Shown: positions 38,048 through 50,609, numbered from the stretch's first letter. The stretch: 64,000 nucleotides of DNA from Nitrospira sp. (GCA_047150005.1 AP038806.1:800001-864000); one strand, 5' to 3'. Notes: generated by a model from the sequence alone, not told the origin. Program-made: numbers and translations.

Positions 38048-39412
38048 TCAATGCGCCGACTGCTCCGAAGTTCCAGCGTGCGATCCGGGGCTCCCGTTCG
38101 CCGGTCCATGCCGAATCGTTTCGGCCACCAGAAACAGGAACAGCAGTCCGAGCGCGAGATAGATTCCGAGGAAACCGAGCAGGGTGAAGAGAGCGTTGCC
38201 CGAATGAACCAGCGGTGACACCCCGTCCGCGGTGCGCAAGAGACCGTAGACCAACCAGGGTTGTCTGCCGATTTCAGCCGTCATCCAACCGGCCGTCGTC
38301 GCGATGTAGGGGAAGGGAGCGGCGGCCATCAGCAGCCACAGCAGCCATCTGGAAGCAAACAGTCGTCCCCAAATGAGCCAGAGCAGCGCGAGCCCCATGA
38401 TCAGGATGAGAATCGTGCCGAGGCCGGCCATGACATGGTACGAGTAGTACAACAGAGCCAGGTTGTCTGGCCAAAGGTCATGTGGAAAGGCGTCGAGCCC
38501 TTTCACTTCCGCATACAAATCATCGTACAGCAGAAAGCTCAAGGCAGACGGCACCGTCAGCGGATTGTCGATCGTCATGGTCTCGACATTCGGCTGTCCG
38601 ACCAACACCGCCCCCGCACCCCGTTCGGTCTGAAACAATCCTTCAAATGCCGCGCCCTTGACCGGCTGGTATCGGAAGACCTGTCTGGCGTTCTCATGCC
38701 CGGTAGGAAACGCCATCAATACCGTTGCGATCGCCCCCGCGACGACGCCGGTCTTCACGAAGGTCTTCGCTTGCCGCTGGTATTGCCCCGAGAGGAGATA
38801 AAAGGCTCCGCACGCCGCCATGACGAACGAACCCGTCACGACCGCCGCCGTCATGTTGTGCGCAAATTGCCAGAAGAGCCAGGGATTCGTGAGGAGTCCG
38901 GAGAGGCTGTCGACGAAAAGCCGTCCGTCGGCCGCGACCGTATACGCCACGGGATGCTGCATCCACGCGTTGGTGGCCAGGATGAAGTAGCCGGAGAGCC
39001 ACGAGCCGAGAAACAGCATCAGCGTCGCAAGCCAGAGCACGCGCCGGCTGAAACGGGAATCCCCGTACAGCAAGATGCCCAGGAACGACGATTCGAGAAA
39101 AAACGCGAAGAGACCTTCCATCGCCAAGGTCTGGCCGATGACCCCGCCGGCGAAGTTGGAGAATTTCGCCCAGTTGGTGCCGAACTGAAACTCTAATGGA
39201 ATGCCGGTGACGATCCCGAAACCAAAGCTCAGGGCGAAGATCTTTGTCCAGAATCGGGCGGCCTGTTGATAGTGGTCGTCACCGGCCGCGAGGGCTCTGG
39301 TTCGCAGATAGAAGAGCAGCAGCGCCAGTCCCATCGTCAACTGCGGAAACAGATAGTGGAACGTGGCGGTGAAGGCGAATTGCAGGCGGTCGTAGAGCAA
39401 CGCACTGGTCAT
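38048..39412 (-). CDS. cydA: Cytochrome bd ubiquinol oxidase subunit I (short Q-loop)
   Basis: RLQFA----FHYLF, FQFGTNW, NAWMQHP, QP-K-AA-EG, YHVM, E-GRQPW. Confidence 0.95.
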   Translation of the reverse strand: MTSALLYDRLQFAFTATFHYLFPQLTMGLALLLFYLRTRALAAGDDHYQQAARFWTKIFALSFGFGIVTGIPLEFQFGTNWAKFSNFAGGVIGQTLAMEGLFAFFLESSFLGILLYGDSRFSRRVLWLATLMLFLGSWLSGYFILATNAWMQHPVAYTVAADGRLFVDSLSGLLTNPWLFWQFAHNMTAAVVTGSFVMAACGAFYLLSGQYQRQAKTFVKTGVVAGAIATVLMAFPTGHENARQVFRYQPVKGAAFEGLFQTERGAGAVLVGQPNVETMTIDNPLTVPSALSFLLYDDLYAEVKGLDAFPHDLWPDNLALLYYSYHVMAGLGTILILIMGLALLWLIWGRLFASRWLLWLLMAAAPFPYIATTAGWMTAEIGRQPWLVYGLLRTADGVSPLVHSGNALFTLLGFLGIYLALGLLFLFLVAETIRHGPANGSPGSHAGTSEQSAH

Positions 39413-39528
39413 GGGGTCCCCGAGCGGACGGTCGGCAATTCCGTGGCGCCTGACTCACCAAGATACAGCTGATTCCCCGGGAGACACGTTCCCTTGCCCC
39501 GTGAAGTGACGGACGGATGCGGGAAATG

Positions 39529-40077
39529 CTATCGGCTGCCCTCGCCGATGACTTCCTCGGGAGTGAACGGAATGTAATTGGCGTCCGTGAAGTTTTCCCA
39601 CACGCTACTGTCGCCGGACTTTAAGCCCCACCCCCGCGCATACACCATCATCAGGACCGGTTCGTTGCCCGGTCCCAACCCGTTCGCGCGGCCCACGACC
39701 GTCATGTCGGCCCAGTGGCGGTACGAAGTCGGAAAGCTCTGGTGGTTGTTGACGACCACCCAATACCATCCCGCTTCCGGATCATCCACACTGGGGGGTA
39801 GTTGCGGACGATAGTCCTGATCGAGCGGCCGGTTCTTCACGTGCAGCCACAGGTTGCCGTCCTTGGATTCCTCCTCGAGAATGACGGCGCCCATCACCAC
39901 AAGCCGGTCGCGATAGACCTCAGGCGCAGACGACAGCTTGGCAAGCGTGACGTTGGGAGCGGCCGCGCGCAAATACTTTCTGGGAACCGGACTGCAACCG
40001 AATGCGACCCCCACGACCAAGAGCAGGGACAGCCCGCCGATAAGTCGTCGGACGATGGATCTCCGCGACGTCCGCAT
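39529..40077 (-). CDS. Slp family-like lipoprotein (start uncertain)
   Basis: AFGC lipobox; P--Y----V-MG-VI; RPLD---RP motif. Confidence 0.65.
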   Translation of the reverse strand: MRTSRRSIVRRLIGGLSLLLVVGVAFGCSPVPRKYLRAAAPNVTLAKLSSAPEVYRDRLVVMGAVILEEESKDGNLWLHVKNRPLDQDYRPQLPPSVDDPEAGWYWVVVNNHQSFPTSYRHWADMTVVGRANGLGPGNEPVLMMVYARGWGLKSGDSSVWENFTDANYIPFTPEEVIGEGSR

Positions 40078-40143
40078 CCGACCCAATCCAAACAAGGCCG
40101 CGCAGGTCTGAGCCTCCGGTCTCCCCGTCAGCGCAGCCACGGC

Positions 40144-40692
40144 TTAGAGCGCTCCCGCAGCCTGAGCGGCTTTCATGAATTGTTCGACACACTCCGTAAT
40201 GCCGCTCTTGATGAGCAGGCCGGTCTTCATCCAGTACTTCGGCTGCCGCTGGCTGGAACGACAGGACGACGTGAAGGAAGAGCCGTCTTTCGCCGCCACA
40301 TAGAACGTGGCCACAATCTGGAACAGTTGGTCCTGCTCGCCGACGTATTCCAGATAAAACTGTTCGATCTTGCCGGACGCGATTCGCGCGGACGCCGGCT
40401 GCAGCTCATACCCGGCGAAGGCCAGCTCGCTCCTGAGCGCATTGGTAAAAAACACGCCGATGTCCTGAGAGAGATAGAGGGCTTCGACGTCCTTCGAGCT
40501 CGACTCCACTTCCTTCATCTTGACGAGTCCCGTCGGATGACCCGAATAGACGAATGCATCGACCTGGACCGGACCATGGCCCTTCAAGGACGTGGACGGC
40601 TGGTAGTTGAGATAGAGAATGCGGGGACAGCCGGCGGTCATCAGCGCTGCCGCCAGCACGACGGCCATTTTCCACAGCGGCGTTCGGACCAT
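40144..40692 (-). CDS. Hypothetical lipoprotein
   Basis: TAGC lipobox; AL-SEL---GY pattern. Confidence 0.7.
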   Translation of the reverse strand: MVRTPLWKMAVVLAAALMTAGCPRILYLNYQPSTSLKGHGPVQVDAFVYSGHPTGLVKMKEVESSSKDVEALYLSQDIGVFFTNALRSELAFAGYELQPASARIASGKIEQFYLEYVGEQDQLFQIVATFYVAAKDGSSFTSSCRSSQRQPKYWMKTGLLIKSGITECVEQFMKAAQAAGAL

Positions 40693-40818
40693 CGACGATC
40701 TAGATCCCCCACCTTGGATCAGCGTGCGAGCAGCCCCGCGAGTGCGCCGAGAGACTACGGGGACGGCGGGCGCCTGTCAATAGCTAAAGGGGGCAACGGG
40801 AACTGCTCGACAAGGAAG

Positions 40819-43800
40819 TTACTGCGGCAGGGGCCCGGCCTCCGGACGTCTCGCGCGCAGCCGCGCGACGCGCAACCGCAGGCGGTCTAGATACAGGTAG
40901 ATGACGGGTGTGGTGTACAGGGTCAGCAGCTGACTGACCAGCAGGCCGCCGACGATGGCGATGCCGAGCGGCCGGCGCAATTCCGACCCCACGCCCGTGC
41001 CGAGCGCCAACGGCAAGGCTCCGAAGAGAGCCGCCATCGTCGTCATCATGATGGGGCGGAAGCGGAGCAGACAGGCTTCAAAAATGGCCTCTTCCGGCCG
41101 CTTGCGCTCCTTCCGCTCCGCGTCCAGCGCAAAATCGATCATCATGATGGCGTTCTTTTTGACGATGCCGATCAGCAACATGATGCCGATCAGGGCGATC
41201 ATACTGAGCTCGGTCTTGAACAGCAGCAACGCGAGCAAGGCGCCGACGCCGGCCGAGGGGAGCGTCGAAAGAATCGTCAGCGGATGGATGTAGCTTTCAT
41301 AGAGAATCCCCAATACGATGTACATCGTCAGCAGTGCCGCCAGGATGAGCACCGGTTGATTCTCGACCGAGGCTTGAAACGCCTTCGCCGCCCCCTGAAA
41401 ACTGCCCCGGACGCCGGCCGGCAGGCCCAGCTCGCCGATCGCCTTCTCGATCGCCCCCACGGCATGCCCGAGCGACACGCCGGGCGCCATGTTGAACGAC
41501 AGCGTGACGCCGGGAAACTGCCCGTGATGGTTCACCAGGAGCAACGTGTTCGTCGGCTCAAAGCGCGCGACGGCGCTCAGCGGAACCTGCGTGCCCGACG
41601 GAGATCGCACATAGATGTCGTGGAGGGTCGAGGGATTCTGCCAATACTGCGGCGCGACTTCCATCACCACGTGATACTGATTGAGTGGGGTGTACAGGAT
41701 GGACACCTGGCGCTGCCCGAACGCGTCGTAGAGCGTATCGTCGATCAACTGAGGGCTGAGGCCGAGCCTGGACGCGGTCCCGCGGTCGAAGACCACCAGC
41801 GATTGCAGCCCCTTATCCTGCTGGTCGCTGTTCACATCCGCGATCTCGGTGAGCGTGCGCAATTGGCGTTCCACTCGAGGCGCCCAGGTGTTCAACTCTG
41901 CCAGATCGACGCTCTGGAGCGTGTACTGATACTGGGCGCTGCTGGCCCGCCCGCCGATCCTGAGATCCTGAATCGCCTGCAGCACCGTCGGCGCGCCGGG
42001 CACGACGGCCAGTTGAGGCCGCAGCCGCGCGATCACCTGGTCCACTGCGATCCGCCGTTCATGGAGCGGCTTCAACCCGATGAACATCCGTCCCGCATTC
42101 GTGTTGCCGCTGCCTCCGCCCCCGCTGAATCCGGTCACGGTGTCGACCGCCGGATCGCTCTTGATGATGTCGACCACCTCGGTCAGCTTCTGGCGCATCG
42201 CCTGGAACGAAATATCCTGCGCGGCTTGGATGTTCCCGAACATGCGTCCGGTATCCTGCTGGGGGAAAAAGCCTTTCGGTACAACCGTGTAGAGGTAGAC
42301 GCTCAGCGCCATGGTCGCCAGCGTGAGCACCAACATGCTGCGGGGGTGCCGGAGCACCCAGGCCAAGCTGCCGGCGTACCCGTCGCGCATGGCGTCGAAG
42401 GCCCGCTCAGCGAGCCGGTAGAAGCGTCCGTGCGACGCGCCGGCCTCCGGCCGCAAGATCCTGGCGGACATCATGGGGGTGGTCGTGAGCGACACCACGA
42501 GGGAGACGAGAATGGCGACGGTGAGTGTGACGGCAAACTCGCGGAACAATCGTCCCATCATGCCGCCCATGAAGAGGATCGGCACGAAGACGGCGACCAG
42601 CGAGAGCGTCATCGACAAGACGGTGAAGGTGATCTCCCGCGCGCCGCGCATGGCCGCCTGAAAGGGCGGCATCCCCTGCTCGCGATACCGGCTGATGTTC
42701 TCCAGCACGACGATCGCGTCGTCGACCACGAACCCGGTGGCGATGGTCAGGGCCATCAACGAGAGGTTGTCGAGGCTGTACCCGAACAGGTACATCACGG
42801 CGAAGGTCGTGATGAGCGACACCGGCACGACGACGCAGGGTATCAGCGTGGCGCGGACGTTCCGAAGGAACAGGAACACGACCAGGATCACCAAGGCCAC
42901 CGAAATAAGGAGCGTCCGTTCGACGTCGTGCAGGGAAGCGCGGATGACCGGCGTGCGGTCGACGACGACCGAGAGGGTCATGCTGCCGGGAACGGAGGCC
43001 TGCAGCTGCGGCATCACCGCGTTGATCCGGTCGACGGTTTCGATGATGTTGGCGCCCGGCTGCCGACTGATGATGATCAAGACCGCGGGAATGCCGTTCG
43101 CCAATCCGATGGTCCGCAGATCCTCGACCGAATGCTCGACCGTCGCAACATCCGAAAGCCGGACGGCGCGCCCCGACCGATAGCTCACGATCAAGGGCAG
43201 GTAGTCTTCCACGGCGCGCAGCTGGTCGTTCGTCCGGACTTCCCACGTGCGCGTACCGTCGGAGAGCTGGCCCTTCGGCCGATTCACGTTCGTGCTGCTG
43301 AGCATTTGACGAATATCGCCCAGACCGATTCCGTACTTGTTCAAGGCCGTTGGATTCAAATCGACCCGCACGGCGGGAAGCGAGCCGCCGCCGACGTGGA
43401 CCTGTCCCACGCCGTCGATCTGCGAGAGCTTCTGCTGCAGGATGCTGGAGGCCACGTCGTACATGCGGCCCCGGCTCACGAGATCCGACGTCAGAGAAAG
43501 GATGAGGATCGGTGCGTCGGATGGATTGATTTTGCGGTAGGTGGGCCGGCTCGGCAGATTGGGCGGCAGCTCGCTGCGGGCCGCCATGATCGCGGCCTGC
43601 ACGTCTCGCGCGGCGCCGTCGATGTCGCGGCTGAGTTCGAACTGTAGCGTGATGCTCGACGAGCCCAGCATGCTCGTGGACGTCATTTCGGTCACGCCTG
43701 CGATACGGGTAAACTGGTGCTCGAGCGGCGCCGCCACCGACGTCGCCATGGTTTCAGGACTGCCGCCCGGCAGCGTCGCCGACACGTTGATCGTAGGAAA

Positions 43801-43923
43801 CTCAACTTGCGGCAGCGCCGCGACCGGAAGGAACCGGAACGCCACGAGCCCCAGCAGAGTCACCCCGACGGTCAGTAGGGTCGTGGCGACGGGGCGTTCG
43901 ATGCAGGCGGCGGACAGGTTCAT
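40819..43923 (-). CDS. mdtC: RND efflux permease MdtC
   Basis: 1034 aa; [46 protein letters not shown]. Confidence 0.93.
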   Translation of the reverse strand: MNLSAACIERPVATTLLTVGVTLLGLVAFRFLPVAALPQVEFPTINVSATLPGGSPETMATSVAAPLEHQFTRIAGVTEMTSTSMLGSSSITLQFELSRDIDGAARDVQAAIMAARSELPPNLPSRPTYRKINPSDAPILILSLTSDLVSRGRMYDVASSILQQKLSQIDGVGQVHVGGGSLPAVRVDLNPTALNKYGIGLGDIRQMLSSTNVNRPKGQLSDGTRTWEVRTNDQLRAVEDYLPLIVSYRSGRAVRLSDVATVEHSVEDLRTIGLANGIPAVLIIISRQPGANIIETVDRINAVMPQLQASVPGSMTLSVVVDRTPVIRASLHDVERTLLISVALVILVVFLFLRNVRATLIPCVVVPVSLITTFAVMYLFGYSLDNLSLMALTIATGFVVDDAIVVLENISRYREQGMPPFQAAMRGAREITFTVLSMTLSLVAVFVPILFMGGMMGRLFREFAVTLTVAILVSLVVSLTTTPMMSARILRPEAGASHGRFYRLAERAFDAMRDGYAGSLAWVLRHPRSMLVLTLATMALSVYLYTVVPKGFFPQQDTGRMFGNIQAAQDISFQAMRQKLTEVVDIIKSDPAVDTVTGFSGGGGSGNTNAGRMFIGLKPLHERRIAVDQVIARLRPQLAVVPGAPTVLQAIQDLRIGGRASSAQYQYTLQSVDLAELNTWAPRVERQLRTLTEIADVNSDQQDKGLQSLVVFDRGTASRLGLSPQLIDDTLYDAFGQRQVSILYTPLNQYHVVMEVAPQYWQNPSTLHDIYVRSPSGTQVPLSAVARFEPTNTLLLVNHHGQFPGVTLSFNMAPGVSLGHAVGAIEKAIGELGLPAGVRGSFQGAAKAFQASVENQPVLILAALLTMYIVLGILYESYIHPLTILSTLPSAGVGALLALLLFKTELSMIALIGIMLLIGIVKKNAIMMIDFALDAERKERKRPEEAIFEACLLRFRPIMMTTMAALFGALPLALGTGVGSELRRPLGIAIVGGLLVSQLLTLYTTPVIYLYLDRLRLRVARLRARRPEAGPLPQ

Positions 43924-46900
43924 GGGGTCTCTGGGATGACGGCCTGGGACCGGGGTACCGCGGCGCGGCCGGATCGGATGCGGCGCGCCAGCCGGTCGAA
44001 GGCCAGATACACGACCGGCGTGGTGTACAACGTCAGGATCTGGCTCAATACGAGCCCCCCGATGATCGCGATACCGAGGGGCCGCCGGAGCTCCGAACCG
44101 GCGCCCGATCCGACCGCCAGCGGTAACGCCCCCAATAGAGCGGCCATGGTCGTCATCATGATCGGCCGGAACCGCAGCAGACAGGCCTCGTAGATCGCCG
44201 TCGCCGGCGGCTTACCTTCCGTTCGCTCCGCCTCCAGCGCGAAATCGATCATCATGATCGCGTTCTTCTTCACGATGCCGATCAGAAGAATGATGCCGAT
44301 CAGCGCAATGACGCTGAACTCGGTCCGGAACAGCATGAGTGCCAGCAGCGCGCCGACGCCGGCGGACGGCAAGGTCGACAGAATGGTCAAGGGATGGATG
44401 TAGCTTTCGTACAGAATACCGAGCACGATATAGACGGTGACGAGCGCGGCGAGGATCAGCCAGATCTGATTCGACAGGGAACTCTGGAAGGCGCGGGCGG
44501 TTCCTTGGAAGCTTCCTTTGATGCTCGCCGACAAGCCGATTGTCCGGGCCGTGTCTTCGATGGCGGTCACGGCCTCGCCCAAGGACGTGTTCGGGGCCAG
44601 ATTGAACGACAGGGTGACGGCCGGAAATTGGCCCTGCCGGCTGATGGCCAAGGGCGTGGTGGCCTCCGAGACCTGGGTGAACACGCTCAAGGGCACCTGG
44701 CCGCCGGTCAGTGAGCGGATGTCAAGGAACTGAAGCGCCTGCGGGCCAGACTGGAACTCAGGCATCACCTCCAGGACGACCCGATACTGATTCAGCTGGG
44801 TGTACATGGTCGAGACCTGCCGTTGCCCGTACGCGCTGTACAAGGTGTCCACGATCAATTGAGGGGTAATGCCGAGCCGCGACGCCGTGCTGCGATCGAT
44901 GACCAGCATCGTGGCCAGCCCCTGATCCTGTTGGTCGCTGCTGACGTCGCGCAGCGCGGGTAACGTCTGCAACGCCTCAACCAGCATCGGGGCCCACTCG
45001 AACAACTCTTCGGGATCCGCGTCCTCCAGGGTGTACTGATATTGGGTCCGGCTGACCCGATCCTCGACCGTGAGGTCCTGCACCGGTTGCATGAACAGGG
45101 TGATGCCCTCGATGCCGGCCGTCTGCGTCTGCAGGCGCCGGATCACCTCCTGCGCCGTGATCCGGCGCTCCGACAGCGGCTTCAAGTTGATGTGGATGCG
45201 CCCGCTGTTGAGCGTCGTGTTCGTGCCGTCCACCCCGATGAAAGACGAGAGGGCAGCGACCGCCGGATCCGCGAGGATGACCTTCGTCAGTGCCTGCTGC
45301 CGCTCCACCATCGCGGCAAACGAAACCGACTGGGCCGCCTCGGAAATACCGAGGATCACGCCGGTGTCTTGCACCGGAAAGAAGCCCTTGGGCACGACGA
45401 CGTACAAGAGGACGGTGACGGCGAGCGTCCCGACGGCGACGGCCAACGTGGCGGATTGATGGTTCAACACCCAGCGCAAGCTGCGCCCATAGGCTTCGAT
45501 GGTCCGATCGAACAGCTCCTGCGACTTGCGGTAGAACGCGCTCTGTTCCGACTCGCGTTGGTGCCGGAGCAGTCTGGCGCACATCATCGGCGTCAGTGTG
45601 AGGGAGACGACGGCGGAAATGACGATCGTCATGCTCAACGTCACAGCAAACTCCCAGAACAGCCTGCCGACCACGTCTCCCATGAACAGGAGCGGAATCA
45701 GCACGGCGATGAGCGAAATCGACAGCGACAAAATCGTGAAGGCGATCTGCTCCGACCCCTTCAACGCCGCCTGGAACGGCGAATCGCCCCGTTCGATGTA
45801 CCGGGAGATGTTTTCGATCATGACGATGGCGTCGTCGACGACGAAGCCCGTCGAAATCGTGAGCGCCATCAGGGTCAAGTTGTTGAGACTGAAGCCGAGG
45901 AGATACATCGCCCCGAACGTGCCGACCAGCGACAACGGCACTGCGGCCGCCGGGATGACGGTGCCGGAGAGCGTCCGCAGAAACAGGAAAATGACCAGGA
46001 TGACGAGCGCGACGGCCAGCATCAACTCGAATTGGACATCTCGCACCGAGGCCCGGATGGACACGGTCCGATCGGTGAGGACGGTGACTTGAACGGAGGA
46101 CGGCAGCGCGCTCTGGAGCTGGGGCAGCAGCTTCTTGATGCGGTCCGCCACCTCGATGACGTTCGCGCCCGGCTGGCGCTGGATGTTGATGAGAATGGCC
46201 GGGGTCTCGTTCAGCCAGGCCGCCTGCTTGACGTCTTCCACGCCGTCGATGACCTCGGCCACATCGGAGAGATGAACCGGCGCGCTATTGCGGTAAGCGA
46301 CGATCAGCGGACGATACTCGCCGCTCGACAGCAACTGGTCGGTCGCGTTGATGATCGAGGCTCGGCGCGGACCGTCGAACGCCCCTTTCGCCTGATTGAC
46401 GTTGGCCGCGGCGACCGTCTGGCGTAGATCTTCCAGAGTCAGTCCATAGGCGGACAACGCCCTGGGGTTGGCCCGGATCCGCACGGCCGGCCGTTGGCCG
46501 CCGCTGATGCTCACCAGCCCCACCCCGGACAGCTGCGAGATCTTCTGGGCGAACCGCGTTTCCGCCAGATCCTGCACCTGCGACAACGGCAACGTCGTCG
46601 ACGTCATGGCCAACGTCAGAATCGGCGCATCGGCCGGATTCACTTTGCTGTAGAACGGCGGATTCGGCAGATCGCGGGGGAGAAACGTGGAGGCTGCATT
46701 GATCGCGGCCTGGACTTGCTGCTCGGCGACGTCGAGCTCGAGATCCAGCGTGAACTGGAGCGTGATGACGGAACTCCCGCCGGAACTCGTCGAGGTCATC
46801 TGATTCAGGCCGGGCATTTGCCCGAACTGTCGCTCGAGCGGCGCGGTCACCGAAGAGGCCATGACGTCGGGACTGGCTCCCGGGTAAAACGTCAGGACTT

Positions 46901-47036
46901 GAATCGTCGGATAGTCGATTTGAGGAAGGGCCGAAACCGGCAGCTGGCGGTACGCGAGGACGCCGGCCAGCAGGATGGCGACCATGAGCAGGGCGGTGGC
47001 CACCGGCCGCAGGATGAAGAGGCGCGACGGATTCAC
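43920..47036 (-). CDS. mdtB: RND efflux permease MdtB
   Basis: [14 protein letters not shown] start typical of Mdt[13 protein letters not shown]. Confidence 0.93.
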   Translation of the reverse strand: MNPSRLFILRPVATALLMVAILLAGVLAYRQLPVSALPQIDYPTIQVLTFYPGASPDVMASSVTAPLERQFGQMPGLNQMTSTSSGGSSVITLQFTLDLELDVAEQQVQAAINAASTFLPRDLPNPPFYSKVNPADAPILTLAMTSTTLPLSQVQDLAETRFAQKISQLSGVGLVSISGGQRPAVRIRANPRALSAYGLTLEDLRQTVAAANVNQAKGAFDGPRRASIINATDQLLSSGEYRPLIVAYRNSAPVHLSDVAEVIDGVEDVKQAAWLNETPAILINIQRQPGANVIEVADRIKKLLPQLQSALPSSVQVTVLTDRTVSIRASVRDVQFELMLAVALVILVIFLFLRTLSGTVIPAAAVPLSLVGTFGAMYLLGFSLNNLTLMALTISTGFVVDDAIVMIENISRYIERGDSPFQAALKGSEQIAFTILSLSISLIAVLIPLLFMGDVVGRLFWEFAVTLSMTIVISAVVSLTLTPMMCARLLRHQRESEQSAFYRKSQELFDRTIEAYGRSLRWVLNHQSATLAVAVGTLAVTVLLYVVVPKGFFPVQDTGVILGISEAAQSVSFAAMVERQQALTKVILADPAVAALSSFIGVDGTNTTLNSGRIHINLKPLSERRITAQEVIRRLQTQTAGIEGITLFMQPVQDLTVEDRVSRTQYQYTLEDADPEELFEWAPMLVEALQTLPALRDVSSDQQDQGLATMLVIDRSTASRLGITPQLIVDTLYSAYGQRQVSTMYTQLNQYRVVLEVMPEFQSGPQALQFLDIRSLTGGQVPLSVFTQVSEATTPLAISRQGQFPAVTLSFNLAPNTSLGEAVTAIEDTARTIGLSASIKGSFQGTARAFQSSLSNQIWLILAALVTVYIVLGILYESYIHPLTILSTLPSAGVGALLALMLFRTEFSVIALIGIILLIGIVKKNAIMMIDFALEAERTEGKPPATAIYEACLLRFRPIMMTTMAALLGALPLAVGSGAGSELRRPLGIAIIGGLVLSQILTLYTTPVVYLAFDRLARRIRSGRAAVPRSQAVIPETP

Positions 47037-48256
47037 GGTGATCGTTCCCGCCGCGCCTGCTCCGGTCCCGACGGCGGCGAGACATTGGCCGGCGGCTCGT
47101 TTCGATTCCGCACTTCGACCTTGCTGCCTTCGCGAAGCTTTTCCGTTCCGTCCACCACGACCAGTTCGTCGGGAGCCAGCCCGGAATCGATCGACGCGTC
47201 TTCGCCGTGGGTCGTGCCGAGAGCCACCGTTCGAACCGCGACGGTGCGGTCCTCCTTGACCACGTAGACGAACGTGCCCTTGGCGCCGCGCTGGACCGCC
47301 GCGGACGGCACGATCGTGACCCCGTGCTTCACGTCCAGCAGAAGTCGGGCGTTGACGAACTGATTGGGGAACAAGGAGCCGTCCTCGTTCGCGAACACCG
47401 CCTTGAGGCGCACCGTCCCCGTATTTGGATCGATTTGATTGTCGACCGTGAGCAGCTTGCCGGAGGCGAGCTGCTTTTTCTGCTCCCGGTCGAACGCGTC
47501 GACGGCCAGTTGGCGGCCCGAATTGAGCCGCTCAAGGACCGGAGGAAGGCTGTCCTCCGGAATGGTGAAGACCACGGTAATCGGCGTCAGCTGCGTGATC
47601 ACCAGCAGGCCGTTCGTGTCGTTGGCCCGGACCATGTTGCCCGGATCCACCAACCGTAATCCCACGCGCCCGCTGATGGGCGCCGTGATGCGGCTGTAGG
47701 CCAGCTGGAGCTTGGCGTTGTCGATCTGGCTTTGATCGGCCTTCACGATGCCCTCGAGCTGACGTACCATCGCTTCCTGCGTGTCCAACTGCTGCTTCGG
47801 AATGTAGCCCTGTTTGACCAGGCCCTTGTACCGCTCCAGGTCGAGCTTGGCGTTCTTCAATTGCGCCAGATCGCGCGCCATCTGGCCTTCGGCCTGACTG
47901 AGCTGCACCTCGAAGGGACGCGGGTCGATTTGCGCGAGCAGATCACCTTCCCGGACGAGCTGGCCCTCCTGAAAGAGAACCTGCATGAGCTGCCCGTCGA
48001 CGCGGCTCTTGACGTTGACCGTATTCAGCGGCACCACGGAGCCGAGCCCGTTCAGATAGACGCCGATGTCTCCCGTCCGCGCCGGGACGACGAGCACGGG
48101 GAGCGTCCGCGCGCCACCCGGCACCTGGCCGGCGCGCGAGGGCTCTTCGCCGGACTTGGCCAGCAGCGCGTAGCCTCCCAGCGCCAGCACGCAGGCCGCA
48201 GCCAGGCCGAGTAACCAGCGCTTCAGCATCGTCGCAAATGGAATCGGTTCCGCCAT
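47033..48256 (-). CDS. mdtA: RND membrane fusion protein MdtA
   Basis: [38 protein letters not shown]. Confidence 0.93.
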   Translation of the reverse strand: MAEPIPFATMLKRWLLGLAAACVLALGGYALLAKSGEEPSRAGQVPGGARTLPVLVVPARTGDIGVYLNGLGSVVPLNTVNVKSRVDGQLMQVLFQEGQLVREGDLLAQIDPRPFEVQLSQAEGQMARDLAQLKNAKLDLERYKGLVKQGYIPKQQLDTQEAMVRQLEGIVKADQSQIDNAKLQLAYSRITAPISGRVGLRLVDPGNMVRANDTNGLLVITQLTPITVVFTIPEDSLPPVLERLNSGRQLAVDAFDREQKKQLASGKLLTVDNQIDPNTGTVRLKAVFANEDGSLFPNQFVNARLLLDVKHGVTIVPSAAVQRGAKGTFVYVVKEDRTVAVRTVALGTTHGEDASIDSGLAPDELVVVDGTEKLREGSKVEVRNRNEPPANVSPPSGPEQARRERSP

Positions 48257-48304
48257 GGGGTCGCCTTCTGCTCCGCAGCTCCGATGCGGCCCTGCCTTCT
48301 TCCT

Positions 48305-48724
48305 CTACGGCGCGGGTACAGCCTGCTTCCGCGCCTGGACGTAGCTCCGTGACGTTTGCCAGCGCTGCTGCAACCCCGCGTACATGTGATCCAGCCCGGC
48401 TTGCTGCTCCGGGGACAGCTTCGGTTTGATCTCCGCCATTCCTTTGGTCAGGATCTGTTCGACTTCGGACTGATGCGAGAATCGCAATTCCAAGACGGCC
48501 AGATGCGCCCGGCTCACGATGGGTTCAATCTCGAGCTGTTGCTGAGTTGTCAGCGACAGCTCCTGCGTCAGCCGCTTCATGATGCGCTCCTGTTGGGCCA
48601 CCGGGCCCCGATCGCCGTGATGCGTCCGATCAGCGTTTCCATAAAGCCACATACCGACAACCCCCGTCAGCACCCCGGCCGCAAAGAGGACCGACAACCC
48701 CGCCCACAGTTTCGGTCGCGACAT
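48305..48724 (-). CDS. Membrane-anchored periplasmic helical protein (LTXXQ/heavy-metal sensor-like)
   Basis: F-AG---G TM; L-LT--QQ and LSPEQ motifs; downstream of the anti-sigma gene. Confidence 0.7.
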   Translation of the reverse strand: MSRPKLWAGLSVLFAAGVLTGVVGMWLYGNADRTHHGDRGPVAQQERIMKRLTQELSLTTQQQLEIEPIVSRAHLAVLELRFSHQSEVEQILTKGMAEIKPKLSPEQQAGLDHMYAGLQQRWQTSRSYVQARKQAVPAP

Positions 48725-48814
48725 CTTAGGCGCTCCTTACGCTCCGCGCGCGTGGCTGAGCCCCGCGCCCATCCTGTCCCTGGAAAGCCGTCCGACGGTT
48801 GCGCCGCATGGGAA

Positions 48815-49117
48815 TCAGTCTCCAAACAGCGGAGTCGCCTCGAATTCTTCCGCCAGCAGCGTGCTCTCTCCGGTCGAAGTGCGCAACGCTTGGACCGTGA
48901 ACACCGAGACGGCCAGGACGACTGCCGCCGCAATGGTGGCGACGCGCCAGACGAGTTGATCGAGCAGGCCGGAGGGAAGGGTGTCCACCGACCGGCGTAA
49001 CGTCCGCATGACCCGCCGCGCCGTCTCGCCGTGATCGGTCGGATGGTCGACCGGAACGCGGAAGGCTTCCGTCAACGCCCGCTCCAGCTTCTTCAGTTCG
49101 TCGTCAGAATATCGCAT
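48815..49117 (-). CDS. Putative anti-sigma factor
   Basis: Overlaps the ECF sigma stop; short cytoplasmic N-terminus plus one TM helix. Confidence 0.65.
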   Translation of the reverse strand: MRYSDDELKKLERALTEAFRVPVDHPTDHGETARRVMRTLRRSVDTLPSGLLDQLVWRVATIAAAVVLAVSVFTVQALRTSTGESTLLAEEFEATPLFGD

Positions 49118-49785
49118 CAGGTACCCCCTCGCGAGCTCTTGCTCAGAATGTCGCGGAGTGCCCGCCTGGCCCGAAAGGCCCGCACCTTGACGTTGACCGT
49201 ACTCCAGCCCAGCAGCTCCGCCGCCTCGCGTATGGATCGGCCTTCGAGGTGAACGAGCGTGAGGACGGCTCGGTGCTCGGGTGACACACGCTCCAAGGCC
49301 CAGTGCAGTACGTCTATCGCTTCCTCTCTCCGTGCATGGTTCTTGAACTCCTCGTCGGAAGCGGCGGTGAGCGTCTGCTCGATCCAGCGGTGGTGCGCGT
49401 CGGTCAGCTCGCTCACCGGCCGTTCACCGCGCTGCCTCGCTCGCCAGAAGTCGTAACAGGTCCGGACCGCGATGCCCGCCAGCCAGTGATCGAACGGACC
49501 GGAGTCCGAAAACCGCCCGAGTCCGAAATAGGCCCTGACAAAGACGTCGTGCACCGTCGCCTCGACGTCGTCAGCCGGCACCCGCCGGCTGACGATCCGG
49601 ACGACGTGCTGCTGGTGTCGGCTGATCAGTTCCGCAAAGCGGTCGGTGTCCCCCTCTCGGATCCGCCGCAGGAGGTCGCGATCTTCCGGGGCAGTTTGGG
49701 CAACCGTCAACGACTCATCAGCCATCGGTAGGCGGAGTTCCGACCACGACAGCGCGGTGGTCGCAGTGAAACAGTCGTCCATCAT
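49117..49785 (-). CDS. ECF RNA polymerase sigma factor (start may be 49725)
   Basis: DVFVRAY, F--WL--IA-R-CYD, EG-SI-E-A-LLG-S---VKVR-FRAR. Confidence 0.9.
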   Translation of the reverse strand: MMDDCFTATTALSWSELRLPMADESLTVAQTAPEDRDLLRRIREGDTDRFAELISRHQQHVVRIVSRRVPADDVEATVHDVFVRAYFGLGRFSDSGPFDHWLAGIAVRTCYDFWRARQRGERPVSELTDAHHRWIEQTLTAASDEEFKNHARREEAIDVLHWALERVSPEHRAVLTLVHLEGRSIREAAELLGWSTVNVKVRAFRARRALRDILSKSSRGGT

Positions 49786-49819
49786 AATAGCACCATACGG
49801 TCTTCCCTGGACGCGAGAG

Positions 49820-50413
49820 TTATCCCGCGGAGGGTCCGCTCACCGGTTCACTCTCCTCGGCCGCCGAGGTCCCCGTCCCGCTCTCGACACCTGACGACCG
49901 ATACTGATCCGCTCCTGCACTCTGATGGCGGTGATGCCGATACTGCTCCCACAAAGCTTTCTGTTTGGCCTGTTGTTCCGGCGTCAGCACGCCGATGAGT
50001 TCCCGGGTGGCCCTGACCCCGATGATCCGAACCGTAGCCTGATACGCCTCGCCTTCCTTGATCTTGGCCTCGATCGCCGGCAGCTGCGTTGTATCATCCC
50101 ACATCAGCGATCGAAGTTCCCGCTCACTCACCATGACATCGGCCTCCGCCCTGATCCGCGCCTTGTCCGCATCCAGGGCGATCGACCGCATTTTGGCAAT
50201 CTGTTCGTCGGTGAGTGCCAATTCCTGCTTGTTCTTCAAGAGATGCTTGAGCAGATGGGTCGTGAACCCTCCGTGTCGATGGCCGCCCTGATGATAAGAC
50301 ATCTGATGAGTCTTGCCGGCGCACCGGCCTCCCCCGTCGGCCCAGGCCGCCGACGAACCGATCAGCACGCTGCCCAATGCCAACCCCAGCATCAATGACG
50401 TACGCGGTCTCAT
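49820..50413 (-). CDS. Spy/CpxP family periplasmic protein, His-rich
   Basis: Signal peptide; L-LTDEQ and VLTPEQ motifs; GAGGAG RBS. Confidence 0.8.
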   Translation of the reverse strand: MRPRTSLMLGLALGSVLIGSSAAWADGGGRCAGKTHQMSYHQGGHRHGGFTTHLLKHLLKNKQELALTDEQIAKMRSIALDADKARIRAEADVMVSERELRSLMWDDTTQLPAIEAKIKEGEAYQATVRIIGVRATRELIGVLTPEQQAKQKALWEQYRHHRHQSAGADQYRSSGVESGTGTSAAEESEPVSGPSAG

Positions 50414-50609
50414 AGAGTCCTCCTCATAGTGATGGATATGTTTATGGCAGGGGCACCGTCCAGCTTCCGTCCCCTCCATCTTCTAGTCGCGGTGAGCGGG
50501 CAAAAGGTTACAGCTGGAAGTTCCTGAAACCATTGGTGCTTTGAGTCGCAGGCCGCGGATTGACAGGTTCTGATTTCGAGACGTACCCTGCTGCGCACTC
50601 GGCTGACCT

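Noticed and set aside
41284..46427. Long plus-strand ORFs of 787 aa and 461 aa
   Set aside because: Antisense shadows of the GC-rich mdtC and mdtB genes
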